Virus record (IMG/VR): IMGVR_UViG_3300033153_003349
Span: 1-56,985 of that record
Strand: one strand, 5' to 3'
DNA length: 56,985 nucleotides
From: a virus
Lineage: Duplodnaviria > Caudoviricetes
The notes under the pieces were generated by a model, which was not told the DNA's origin, did no database searches, and saw only the letters and a program-made list of their open reading frames with translations. The position numbers and the translations under genes are program-made. This document shows, in pieces, positions 1-8,787 of the stretch. Within the stretch, counting starts at the first letter, position 1. Each line of letters starts with the position of its first letter.

Positions 1-276
1 AGGGATATAAGCAACATGAGCCTTACCTATAAAAGGTAACATATGATGCTCACACATAGAGTACAATTCTATATCCCTTAACACAATCATTTGGTCGTAC
101 TTCTCTGCATCAAAAGTTGTTAAAATATCTCCTGGGTCTACATCATATCCAGAATAAATTTCTCTCCAACTTCTTATTACTCTCCCTGGAGTTTCAACTA
201 AACCTTCTCTCCCAGGAGAAGGGTCAATATATTCAATAATATCTTTAATTCGGCTTTCCAAGTGACTCCTCCTCAT
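1..276 (-). CDS. folE: GTP cyclohydrolase I (5' part; runs off the left edge)
   Basis: Not in the ORF track. Manual translation gives [33 protein letters not shown]...[32 protein letters not shown], with the diagnostic REGLxETPxRV and [20 protein letters not shown] motifs. An alternative TTG start at 261 follows AGGAGG. Confidence 0.95.
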   Translation of the reverse strand, partial: MRRSHLESRIKDIIEYIDPSPGREGLVETPGRVIRSWREIYSGYDVDPGDILTTFDAEKYDQMIVLRDIELYSMCEHHMLPFIGKAHVAYIP

Positions 277-617
277 TTTTCTTGCTTTGCTTCATAGCGA
301 AACGAAAAACAACAACAGCCAATGAAACTATTCCTGTTAAAAACCCTAACGTAATTTTCTTTTAAAACTTTTATGATACCTTCTTTAATTTTTGTTCCAT
401 CGTGCATTGTGATATCTATAAAAGCAGTATGTTCTTTAAGTTGTGTGATCATTTCTACCATTATAACTCCTTCAACTATACCTTCTGGAGCACCAGGAAA
501 TTTTTGCATATCAACCGATTGACAAATAGTTACTATATCAAAACGTTTCGTGTCAATAATAAAAGGGTCTGACATTCGGTCTTTTTTGGGGAACAACAAC
601 TTAAAGAATTTTCTCAC
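273..617 (-). CDS. Hypothetical protein (114 aa)
   Basis: GTG start with GGAGG upstream; the stop overlaps the folE ATG (ATGA). Confidence 0.6.
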   Translation of the reverse strand: MRKFFKLLFPKKDRMSDPFIIDTKRFDIVTICQSVDMQKFPGAPEGIVEGVIMVEMITQLKEHTAFIDITMHDGTKIKEGIIKVLKENYVRVFNRNSFIGCCCFSFRYEAKQEK

Positions 618-774
618 CCTTAAACCTCCAATATTTTTCGATAACTTTTATGATACTGTCAATACATTTAGTTCGATTGTCACGTTTAAGACCAGGGCGA
701 TTAAGATTATCAGTACTCAAAACTTCAAGTGCTTCTAAAATACCTTTTCTTACTTTAGGTATATCAACAATCAT
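601..774 (-). CDS. Small hypothetical protein (57 aa, MIVDIPKVRKGILEALEV...)
   Basis: Below the ORF-track cutoff. Its ATG overlaps the queE TGA (ATGA) and it fills the gap to the next gene. Confidence 0.55.
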   Translation of the reverse strand: MIVDIPKVRKGILEALEVLSTDNLNRPGLKRDNRTKCIDSIIKVIEKYWRFKGEKIL

Positions 775-1499
775 TTTTCTACTTCTCCCTCAGGCCAAAC
801 GTATTTGTGTATCTGTAGATTCAAAGATGTCGCATTTCTGTACTGGTCGGCCATAATCCACTCTGCTAAAACTTTCATATCCATTTCCCCATACACAGGA
901 CTGACAGCAAAATGTATGACATCTGAATAAGAACCTAATATCTTTCCTACATTATTGATAAACCTATCTCGTACAACAACCATCTCATCCCAGTCATCTT
1001 TATTCGCAATAACAAATTTAACGATTAACTTCTTATCCAAAGGCTGTAAATTCCGAATAGAGTTCATTATATCTACAGGGTCAAGCATCATATCTCGCAT
1101 ACCCGAACCTTTTAATTTGAAATCGAAAACCCAATAATCTACTTCCATAGGTTCAAACACTTTAATCGAACCGCTTGTCTCTATGGCTATAGTGTACTGT
1201 CCTTTGGGACGGGAATCTCTCAATTGTTTAATCAGTCCTGCTAAACCCCTTTGCTGAAGTAAAGGCTCCCCTCCCGTTATCACAATATTATTTAACTTGT
1301 GTCCATGTATACTATTAACGATATGGTCTACATATTGAAGTTTCCCCGTTTTCCCTTCTAAAGCATAGGGGGTATCACACCAATCGCATCGTAAATGACA
1401 CCCTGCTAATCGAATGAACAATGTAGGCATACCTTGAATAATACCTATCTCTCCATTAAGTGTAGGAAAGATACTATAAATATTTAATTTGAGTTCCAT
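771..1499 (-). CDS. queE: 7-carboxy-7-deazaguanine synthase (radical SAM)
   Basis: IFPTLNGE, FIRLAGCHLRCDWCDT (CxxxCxxC), ITGGEPLLQ, IETSG, C-terminal LQIHKYVW; neighbours folE, queD and queC. Confidence 0.93.
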   Translation of the reverse strand: MELKLNIYSIFPTLNGEIGIIQGMPTLFIRLAGCHLRCDWCDTPYALEGKTGKLQYVDHIVNSIHGHKLNNIVITGGEPLLQQRGLAGLIKQLRDSRPKGQYTIAIETSGSIKVFEPMEVDYWVFDFKLKGSGMRDMMLDPVDIMNSIRNLQPLDKKLIVKFVIANKDDWDEMVVVRDRFINNVGKILGSYSDVIHFAVSPVYGEMDMKVLAEWIMADQYRNATSLNLQIHKYVWPEGEVEK

Positions 1500-1819
1500 A
1501 CTAACCCCTTATTCGCTAAAAAAGAATGAACGTCAACAACCCTTACTTCAACTTCTGTGTCAGATGTTTTATGTAGAAGAAATAAAGCTGACTCTAATTC
1601 AGGAAACAATTCTTGAACTCCTAACCTAACAGATTCATTAATAATTTTCATATTATTAACAGCTTCATTATATTGTTTTATGAGCTCATGATACATCTCT
1701 CTAGCTTTATTCACTTCTTTCTCTGCTGAAGCCTGATTTTCCAACAACTCTATAAAAGAATCTAATAGGTCAAAAAATTCTGGATTATCCTTTTTATTCA
1801 CTATAGGAGTTTTTGTCAT
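1484..1819 (-). CDS. Hypothetical helical protein (111 aa)
   Basis: Overlaps both neighbours in the operon; coiled-coil-like middle. Confidence 0.65.
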   Translation of the reverse strand: MTKTPIVNKKDNPEFFDLLDSFIELLENQASAEKEVNKAREMYHELIKQYNEAVNNMKIINESVRLGVQELFPELESALFLLHKTSDTEVEVRVVDVHSFLANKGLVWNSN

Positions 1820-2307
1820 CTAGGCACCACCAACTCTGCATAACTGTTACTGGTTTCCCAAACCCTTATTTTAATAAGTCCGTCACCGATAGCACTCTTC
1901 AAAATCTTACGGACAAGGAAAACACACATATTCTCAGCAGTAGTAGACCAGAATATCTGACCAGTACCTGGTACTCCTACAGGAGTATCATCAAGAATCT
2001 CTATCCTACGAGTATGAATATCTTCCATTTCAAAAGCTGCTTTAGCATCTTCATCTTGTAAAATATGCTCCGCAGAATTAAGATTATGATGGTCTATAAA
2101 CTGATTTAAAATACTCCCCACGTGAGTTTTAATATCACCGAAATCTATTATAATCCCAGGATAGGCTTGATAATCTAGCGGAGGACCAAAAGTAACTTCT
2201 ATTACTGCGTTGTGCCCATGCTCTCTACCACACTTCCCGTTATAGTTCGGTAATATATGACCATAACTTACTTCAAATTTCTTTGTTACTGTTACCTGTT
2301 CTCTCAT
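1816..2307 (-). CDS. queD: 6-carboxy-5,6,7,8-tetrahydropterin synthase (PTPS/QueD)
   Basis: FEVSYGHILPNYNGKCGREHGHN, IIDFGDIK, DHHNLN, TTAENM, VWETSNSYA. The likely start is the ATG at 2307 after AGGAG; the ORF track extends it to 2349. Confidence 0.92.
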   Translation of the reverse strand: MREQVTVTKKFEVSYGHILPNYNGKCGREHGHNAVIEVTFGPPLDYQAYPGIIIDFGDIKTHVGSILNQFIDHHNLNSAEHILQDEDAKAAFEMEDIHTRRIEILDDTPVGVPGTGQIFWSTTAENMCVFLVRKILKSAIGDGLIKIRVWETSNSYAELVVPR

Positions 2308-2320
2308 GATAATACTCCTT

Positions 2321-3253
2321 TTAAGTTTCTGTTGTGTATAATGCTTCATAGGCTGCTTTAACCAACCCAGGTTTTCCTACATAATATAATGAAGGAGTAA
2401 AGGCATCCATTATTAAATAAGCTCTGCCTTCAGCTGCTTTAGTCTTAGCATTCAATAATACCTTTGACATATATCCTAAAATAGCCCTACGAGAAGACTC
2501 AGGGTCATCTGTTAAATTAGTTATAAGTCTAGCTATCACTTCCCATTTTTTCATAGCTATTAATGCCCTACATAATTCTATTACTGAATTTTGTTCCTCT
2601 GCTACCCTCCTTGCCATTTCCACAGCATCGTCTTTATTCAAACCTATTGTTTTTTCTAACATTGTCAAAGCTGCCCGTGGGGAACCTAAAGAATCACTAG
2701 CAATAATATCTAATACTTCAGGAAACGGTCTTGACCTCTCCTTACGAGAAATAGTTTTAACAAGCATTTTAATTTCATCTTCATTTAAAAAATCTACTAC
2801 ATAAGTGACACACCTATTCCTGGTTGTTTCTAACAGCTTCTCAGGATTGGTAGTAGCCAATATAAAATAAACATGAGACGGTGCTGATTCTAATGTCTTA
2901 AGTAAAGCATTTTCAGCCTCTGTAGTAAGCATATGACATTCGTCTAAAAACCAAACCCGTACATCTCCAGAAATAGGCTTCATGCCTACATTCCTTCTGA
3001 TTTTACGTATAGCCTCTATACCTCTGTCATCTGCCGTATCCATCTCAATAAAATCACGGTCACCGCAACCTAACTCATCTTTAACTATCTTAGCCAGAGT
3101 AGTCTTACCGCAACCACTTGGTCCTGTAAACAAAAACGATTGAGGAATTTCTGCTCTATCCCTTGTGAATATCTTCTGTAAAGATTTAATAGTAGCAGTA
3201 TTCCCTATCATATCTTCAAAATCTATAGGTCTGTATTTGTTATATAATGACAC
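2321..3253 (-). CDS. dnaX: DNA polymerase III gamma/tau-like clamp-loader AAA+ ATPase
   Basis: SLYNKYRP.FEDMIGN, Walker A GPSGCGKTT, LDECHML, NALLKTLE, FILATTNPEKL, NRC; GTG start after AGGAGG. Confidence 0.88.
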   Translation of the reverse strand: MSLYNKYRPIDFEDMIGNTATIKSLQKIFTRDRAEIPQSFLFTGPSGCGKTTLAKIVKDELGCGDRDFIEMDTADDRGIEAIRKIRRNVGMKPISGDVRVWFLDECHMLTTEAENALLKTLESAPSHVYFILATTNPEKLLETTRNRCVTYVVDFLNEDEIKMLVKTISRKERSRPFPEVLDIIASDSLGSPRAALTMLEKTIGLNKDDAVEMARRVAEEQNSVIELCRALIAMKKWEVIARLITNLTDDPESSRRAILGYMSKVLLNAKTKAAEGRAYLIMDAFTPSLYYVGKPGLVKAAYEALYTTET

Positions 3254-3276
3254 TTAGCCTCCTTTTGTATAGAAAT

Positions 3277-3305
3277 AATTTAATAAATTATAATTTAAGA
3301 AACAA
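3277..3305 (-). promoter_or_regulatory. Putative sigma70-type promoter TTGTTT-17-TAAATT upstream of dnaX, overlapped by a TTAATAAATTA motif (3280-3290)
   Basis: Exact 17-nt spacer in the AT-rich queC-dnaX gap; same architecture as four other intergenic sites. Confidence 0.5.
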
Positions 3306-3308
3306 CAC

Positions 3309-4043
3309 TTATTTTAACTCAAGAAATTCTTTGTAGCCGTTTGCTCTTATCTTACAGGCTGGACAACTCCCGCAACCATACCCCCAATCATGTCTTTTGG
3401 TTCTATCCCCTACATAACAAGTATGAGTATCTTCTATAATATCTTGAAGATAACCTAAATCATCAGCAAGTTTAAATGTCTGTGCTTTGGATAAATACAT
3501 TAGAGGAGTTTTAATAATAAAATTTGAAGAATCAAGACCTTCTCTAATTGTATGTGTCATTGCAGACACAACATTTTTTCTACAATCAGGATAACCAGAA
3601 TAATCAGTCTCACATACTCCTGTATATACAATATCTATTCCATTCAATCTTGCTATCGTTCCTGCTATCAGATAAAAGAATAAATTCCTGCCTGGAACAA
3701 AAGATACAGGAAGATTTGGAAATATAGGGTGACTACCTTCTATGTCCGCTGAAGGTTCTGTTAATCCAGACGGCACTTGTGAAAGAAAATCGAAAGGAAC
3801 CTCAAGAATAGGTATGCTGAACTTCTGTGCCCACATATCTACCATTTCTTTTTCTACCTTATGTCTTTGTCCATAATCAACAAATATTAAAAATCTTACA
3901 ATCGTTTCTTTCATAGCTACTAACAACGTGGTAACAGAATCCTGTCCACCGCTTATTAAAACAACTGATTCTCTCATCTTATCATATTCTCCTTCTTCTG
4001 GTCTATCGTCTACAGGCCACATAAAATTATCTTCAATTCCCAT
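3309..4043 (-). CDS. queC: 7-cyano-7-deazaguanine (preQ0) synthase
   Basis: SGGQDS PP-loop, DYGQRH, FVPGRN, ETDYSGYPDCR, TPLMYLSKA, THTCY, GCGSCPACKIR. Confidence 0.96.
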   Translation of the reverse strand: MGIEDNFMWPVDDRPEEGEYDKMRESVVLISGGQDSVTTLLVAMKETIVRFLIFVDYGQRHKVEKEMVDMWAQKFSIPILEVPFDFLSQVPSGLTEPSADIEGSHPIFPNLPVSFVPGRNLFFYLIAGTIARLNGIDIVYTGVCETDYSGYPDCRKNVVSAMTHTIREGLDSSNFIIKTPLMYLSKAQTFKLADDLGYLQDIIEDTHTCYVGDRTKRHDWGYGCGSCPACKIRANGYKEFLELK

Positions 4044-4044
4044 C

Positions 4045-4653
4045 TCATTTCTCCTCCTTGGTTCTGCTTCCGTTTTTCTTTAATTTAATCACGTTATCTA
4101 CATTCCCTATAAATGCAGTTACGTGAGTAACCATTACTAATTGTAACCTCAATTTGAGACAGACTTTCTCAAGAATTTTTTGCGTACTCTCCTGTAGGTT
4201 CCGACTCAAGTTCTTAAAGGGTTCATCGAAAAAAAGTATCGGTGCTGACTTATCTTTATTGAGACTCCAAAGAGATAAGCGTAAGGCAAACGAAACAACA
4301 TCAACAACTCCTCCCCCTACAGAATTCATAGGTTCAAGATACATCTCTCCTCTCCTCAAATATATATAAGCCTCACTCTGGTTTCTCTTTGTTTGAAAAT
4401 CTATCTCTACAGTATAAGGGTCATCGAATATAGCAGACAAACAAAGATTAGATATTTCAGTGATATGTAATATCATTTCATTTTGTACTAACGTGGCTGC
4501 TTCTTGTAGAATATACTGCGCCTCATATAAATTTTCAATCTTATTCTCCCCATGAAGAATATTTTTTTTCATTTCTCTTAATTTTTGTTTAGAAAAATCT
4601 CTTTTAACTATGAGACTATCATATCTAGTAAATAACGATTCTATTTCTGTCAT
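4045..4653 (-). CDS. Rad50/SbcC (gp46-like) C-terminal half: short coiled coil plus ABC signature, Walker B and H-loop
   Basis: SVGGGVVDVVSFALRLSL (signature region), ILFFDEPFKNL (Walker B/D-loop), VMVTH (H-loop); no Walker A. Confidence 0.85.
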   Translation of the reverse strand: MTEIESLFTRYDSLIVKRDFSKQKLREMKKNILHGENKIENLYEAQYILQEAATLVQNEMILHITEISNLCLSAIFDDPYTVEIDFQTKRNQSEAYIYLRRGEMYLEPMNSVGGGVVDVVSFALRLSLWSLNKDKSAPILFFDEPFKNLSRNLQESTQKILEKVCLKLRLQLVMVTHVTAFIGNVDNVIKLKKNGSRTKEEK

Positions 4654-4901
4654 TGCTTCTTCTCTATCTTCTCTAATTGAAGTTCAATTAAATCTAAATC
4701 CTTATCAATAGAATCTTCAAGAGAAATAATTTCTTTATCATATTTTTTCATTTTCAATCTTACATCATCAAGACCTCTGCAATTAAACTTCTCTTTAAGA
4801 GTTATATTCAATTGCTTAAGCTGCCCTTCAATGCTATCTCTCTCAGATTTAGCTTTACTGACTCGTTCTCTTACTCCAAATAACTTATCTTCATAGCTCA
4901 T
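4650..4901 (-). CDS. Small coiled-coil protein (83 aa), possibly a detached Rad50 arm segment
   Basis: GGAGG RBS, heptad pattern, ATGA overlap with the Rad50 C-half. Confidence 0.7.
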   Translation of the reverse strand: MSYEDKLFGVRERVSKAKSERDSIEGQLKQLNITLKEKFNCRGLDDVRLKMKKYDKEIISLEDSIDKDLDLIELQLEKIEKKQ

Positions 4902-4902
4902 A

Positions 4903-5808
4903 CTAACCTCCTACTGTTTTTATGACATCATCTATCTCTTCTTTAACTTCTTCTTTCACATCATTCTGTTTAATTATATTAGCTAATACAATATCATAAT
5001 CTATAGACACATCAATATCTGCATCAAATTTATCTACAAATTTTTCCATTCGTTCTGTATGTTCATGTTCCTGTTCTAATGCTTCAGTAGTCCATTCAGC
5101 TTCAACATCTATTTGATGTGATGACAACTCTTGTGTTTCCGTATCGTAAAGCCAGATAAGAGAATGTAATTTATGCTCACCGTAATCTGTTCTCATAATA
5201 GGCCCAGTATTCAAAATTACAGGCTTCTGTTTACTATCAACAAAAGGAGTATGAATATCCGAACAAACTATTAAGTCCATATCTGGATACATCTTACGTA
5301 TTTCTTTAGCAGAGAAGGCTGTTTGATGCCACGGAGGAGGCTGATTTTCGTATACAGGGGCGTGCATTATAGCTATGTTATTGATATCCTTAAGACGCTT
5401 TGATTCTTTCTGTGCTTCTTGTATCTCTCCCTTCCAAGGGATAGGGTATATAGTGGTATAATATTTAGGAAAAAATTTAGCCTCACTGAATATCTCTATC
5501 TTACCAGCAGCAGCTAACACATTAAGAGGAGATGATTCAATAAACTTCATATTATTTCCTGGAAGGTCATGATTCCCAGGAACAACTTTCATAAAAGGAA
5601 TCCATTTCATCAACCACGCATAATAATAATTAGAATTTCTTACTGTGTCAAACAAATCTCCTGCACAAAAAATTTCTGCATCATGTTCCATAGAGAAAGA
5701 ATTAAGAAAATCAAGTTTACTTGCTTGTATCTCTAACCAATCTCCTCCCCTAGACCTGGGAGCTTTCTCTCCTAAATGTACATCACCTATAAAAATAAGT
5801 TTACTCAT
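4903..5808 (-). CDS. Mre11/SbcD (gp47-like) metallophosphoesterase nuclease
   Basis: GDVH, AGDLFD, PGNHD, IMH, SDIH motifs; flanked by the two Rad50 halves. Confidence 0.9.
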   Translation of the reverse strand: MSKLIFIGDVHLGEKAPRSRGGDWLEIQASKLDFLNSFSMEHDAEIFCAGDLFDTVRNSNYYYAWLMKWIPFMKVVPGNHDLPGNNMKFIESSPLNVLAAAGKIEIFSEAKFFPKYYTTIYPIPWKGEIQEAQKESKRLKDINNIAIMHAPVYENQPPPWHQTAFSAKEIRKMYPDMDLIVCSDIHTPFVDSKQKPVILNTGPIMRTDYGEHKLHSLIWLYDTETQELSSHQIDVEAEWTTEALEQEHEHTERMEKFVDKFDADIDVSIDYDIVLANIIKQNDVKEEVKEEIDDVIKTVGG

Positions 5809-6868
5809 GATTATGTCCTTTCCTTATCCGTGATTTACATACAGGACAAAACCTCAATTTACTAAAAATTTCATCATAATTTTCTTGAGACTCTTTTAAT
5901 TCTTTTGCAGCTGAACGTTTCTCCTGTTGTAAAGCTATTAACTTTTTCTTCAGTATTGAAAGGTCTGCTTCTTCTTGACGCAAGACTTTAACTTTTTCAA
6001 TACTTTCTTCTATTGGTTTAATAGACTTTGTTTGAGCTATAACATCTGAAAGATACTTAAACTGTTTACTATAATCAGACAATTGTACAGCTAAATATTT
6101 CATCTGCTGTTGCTCTTCATAAAGCCTGTTTTTTTCTGTCACATTTTTATACAAAGCAGTTAAGACATCATCTAATTTATCTATATCTTCATAAACATCT
6201 ATATCTTCAAGTAAACATTCTACATCTTCAAAAATATTCGCAAGTTGTATTGACTTGTTTACTATTTTATTTTTCTTCTCATAATTAATCTTTAGCTCAC
6301 CAATAGAATCTTCAATATCTCCTAACCCTTGAAATGTTTTTAATTGACCTTTAAATTGGTCCTTTTCTTTCTCATAAAAAACAATTGAAGATTTTGTTTC
6401 TCTAACTCGTGAGTTTATCTCTTTAACATATTCATCTATACGAGACAAATCAACAATCTTGTTTAAAAACTTCGCCCTATCTCCTGGTTTCATAGATAAT
6501 AAAAACGGTGAGTCCATCTGCTTTTGGATGTTAATATCTTGGATGGACAAGATGGAGGTTAGAACTTCTGGAACACCTTGCCCGAAAGACGAGATTTCCT
6601 CACCGTTTATTATATATAAATTTTCTTTGTCACTTTTTAACCTAGTGATTTCATGTTCACCAACTGTAGCAGTAACAGACGTTGTTCCTCCCCATGAACT
6701 CCTGTAAGAATCGCCTGATGGCTTATTAAAAAACAACCAATACAACGCTCGTAAAACAGAGGACTTACCTGTGTCACTTTGTCCTACTATAACATTAATC
6801 CCATCTTCAAATTCTAATGTAGTTCGTTTGTGGGATTCAAAGTTTTTAATCGTTAGCTTATCAATCAT
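5801..6868 (-). CDS. Rad50/SbcC (gp46-like) N-terminal half: Walker A, coiled coil, terminal Zn-hook
   Basis: IDKLTIKNFESH, GQSDTGKSS, Q-loop QKQMD, long coiled coil, CPVC about 11 residues before the stop. Confidence 0.88.
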   Translation of the reverse strand: MIDKLTIKNFESHKRTTLEFEDGINVIVGQSDTGKSSVLRALYWLFFNKPSGDSYRSSWGGTTSVTATVGEHEITRLKSDKENLYIINGEEISSFGQGVPEVLTSILSIQDINIQKQMDSPFLLSMKPGDRAKFLNKIVDLSRIDEYVKEINSRVRETKSSIVFYEKEKDQFKGQLKTFQGLGDIEDSIGELKINYEKKNKIVNKSIQLANIFEDVECLLEDIDVYEDIDKLDDVLTALYKNVTEKNRLYEEQQQMKYLAVQLSDYSKQFKYLSDVIAQTKSIKPIEESIEKVKVLRQEEADLSILKKKLIALQQEKRSAAKELKESQENYDEIFSKLRFCPVCKSRIRKGHNHE

Positions 6869-7430
6869 CTATCCACTCTCCTGTTCTAAACGGAATGTGA
6901 TTCCACCAGTTTAATAAATTTTCAAAATTCATGACAGCATAATGGATAGATGTATTTCCTGCATCTCTGAGCATCATTACCCTGCCTTTGTTCTGTCCAA
7001 ATGTACGTACAGCTTTCCCGTAATCACTCCAAGGAAATATAACAAAGGTTTCTTTCCTATTCCTTCTGACAATAAGCATAACAGACTGACGTTTAGCGTA
7101 TCTCTTTTCACCTTCTGCTTTCTCTAACCATTTGAACACTACCGACAAAGATTTGTAATCAACAAAACTTAACAACTCAATATCTTTTGTGTACCCCCGC
7201 TTAAGCTCAAGTAAAAAGTAATCAATAAAAGGTTTTCCATCATCATCTATGAATGTTAAATCTCCATAGCTCCCTGCCGTAGACTTGCCTGACTTTTGTC
7301 GTTGGGTAGCCCTACCTCCTGATTGAGAAGTCCTCCAAAATATATCATCTCTCAAATCTTCTGTCCACCAAAGAGATAATTGTTTTGAAATCTCTCTCTC
7401 GAACTCACCACCTTTTAAACTCTTCCCCAT
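6861..7430 (-). CDS. PD-(D/E)XK Holliday junction resolvase-like nuclease
   Basis: KGGEFEREI, SGGRA...GDL, LLELKRGY, typical of phage Hjc-like resolvases; recombination gene context. Confidence 0.75.
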   Translation of the reverse strand: MGKSLKGGEFEREISKQLSLWWTEDLRDDIFWRTSQSGGRATQRQKSGKSTAGSYGDLTFIDDDGKPFIDYFLLELKRGYTKDIELLSFVDYKSLSVVFKWLEKAEGEKRYAKRQSVMLIVRRNRKETFVIFPWSDYGKAVRTFGQNKGRVMMLRDAGNTSIHYAVMNFENLLNWWNHIPFRTGEWIDD

Positions 7431-7694
7431 TTAACTTCTCCCAAAATTTATGTCAGTACGTTCATCCTTACGAACTATCTTGATGTTGTCACCTTTAACT
7501 CTTAAACTATACCGCTTATCGTCACGAGTTTTAATATCAATAAATCCGTTCTTAAGAGATTTGACTTCTCCATAACCGCAATTCATCTCAAATTCTTTTG
7601 TTCGAATTGTTATCCAGGCAGGTTCTTCAGCACACAAAATTGTAACTCTACTATCTTTGAATTCTACTAGCATATTGGCCTCCTTATTGTTCAA
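7431..7694 (-). CDS. Hypothetical protein (87 aa; possibly starts at the second Met)
   Basis: Fills the recA-resolvase gap; AGGAGG precedes the internal ATG (MLVEF). Confidence 0.6.
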   Translation of the reverse strand: MNNKEANMLVEFKDSRVTILCAEEPAWITIRTKEFEMNCGYGEVKSLKNGFIDIKTRDDKRYSLRVKGDNIKIVRKDERTDINFGRS

Positions 7695-8787
7695 ATCTTT
7701 TCTTTCTATCTAATTTAAGGTCACCCTCAATTTCTCTCCACAATTTCTGACAAAAACGTTTTACTTTTCGTTCAAGATTATTTTCTTCTATATGTTCTAT
7801 GAGCTTTGCTCTTGTCATTTCTACATCTAATCCGAGAGCTTTGATTGTTCTCCCTGTTTTCTTCCAATACTTATCTAGCACAAGAAAATCAATCATAGAA
7901 CCTATATCATCTATCCCTAAATCATTATAAATATTAAATTCAAAACTTCGCTTCTTTCCTGTGTATTTATTTTTCGTTATCTTTGCTCTGACACTACTAC
8001 CTACAACCCGCTTCCACTTTTCATTTTTAATCCCTCCCAGAAAAGCTAACCAGATTATTATAGAACAATAGAAATCAAGAGCTGCCCCTCCTGTCCTATA
8101 CTTCTTAGGCTCAAATGGGCCTGCCCCTATCTTATCTCTTGTCTGAGAAATTATTACTAATAAATTACCTGACTCCTCAAATTCTCGTTTAGTCTTACGA
8201 AAAAATTCACTCATGTACTTAGCTTTTTCAGCCTTGTAACTAGCCCCCAGGTCAGCTTCTTTCCCTGCATCTACCGCTTTCAAAAATTTATCCTGACGAG
8301 CAATCTCTTCATCAGAAGTTAAAGCATCCAAGGAATCTAAAATATATATAAAAGGTTTACCTACTTTGAGTAACCGATTTACATTAGTTATTAAATTTTG
8401 AACTGTGTTAGAATATACAGCTTCTTCATCTAAATAATATGGCGGGCGTATTCTTTCACTACCTACTTCCCCAAATAGATATTCCATATCAAAAGAATTA
8501 GCGGCTTCCACATCATCATAGATAAGTTCATAATCATTATAATTCTCAATATTTGCTACTGTAGCTAATACTGTCAAAGCTAAAATTGTTTTTCCTGTGT
8601 GACTATCTCCGACTATATTGACTACAGTTCCTGGTTTAAATGCTCCTCTACCATTATCCGTGCAAGCTATGTCAAACATAGATACACCAGAGGGAATAGG
8701 GGTCCAACCAGTGGACCCCTTTGTTTGAGATTTCTCTTTCATAACTTCCCTTATTTCCTTAATCAAGTTCGTCGAACGCATTACCAC
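7684..8787 (-). CDS. RecA/UvsX-like recombinase
   Basis: IPSG..FDIA, Walker A GDSHTGKT, YDDVE, ILDSLDAL, ISQTRDKIG, TGGAALDFYCS, KNK. Confidence 0.9.
   Translation of the reverse strand: MVMRSTNLIKEIREVMKEKSQTKGSTGWTPIPSGVSMFDIACTDNGRGAFKPGTVVNIVGDSHTGKTILALTVLATVANIENYNDYELIYDDVEAANSFDMEYLFGEVGSERIRPPYYLDEEAVYSNTVQNLITNVNRLLKVGKPFIYILDSLDALTSDEEIARQDKFLKAVDAGKEADLGASYKAEKAKYMSEFFRKTKREFEESGNLLVIISQTRDKIGAGPFEPKKYRTGGAALDFYCSIIIWLAFLGGIKNEKWKRVVGSSVRAKITKNKYTGKKRSFEFNIYNDLGIDDIGSMIDFLVLDKYWKKTGRTIKALGLDVEMTRAKLIEHIEENNLERKVKRFCQKLWREIEGDLKLDRKKRFEQ

Noticed and set aside
245-360. Alternative minus-strand frame reading like a TM peptide ([23 protein letters not shown]...)
   Set aside because: No canonical start or RBS (stops just upstream, ACG at the likely start); it could be a decayed gene but is unsupported.
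4650-4653. Programmed frameshift joining the 83-aa coiled coil to the Rad50 C-half
   Set aside because: The junction is a plain ATGA overlap with no slippery heptamer; translational coupling is the simpler reading.
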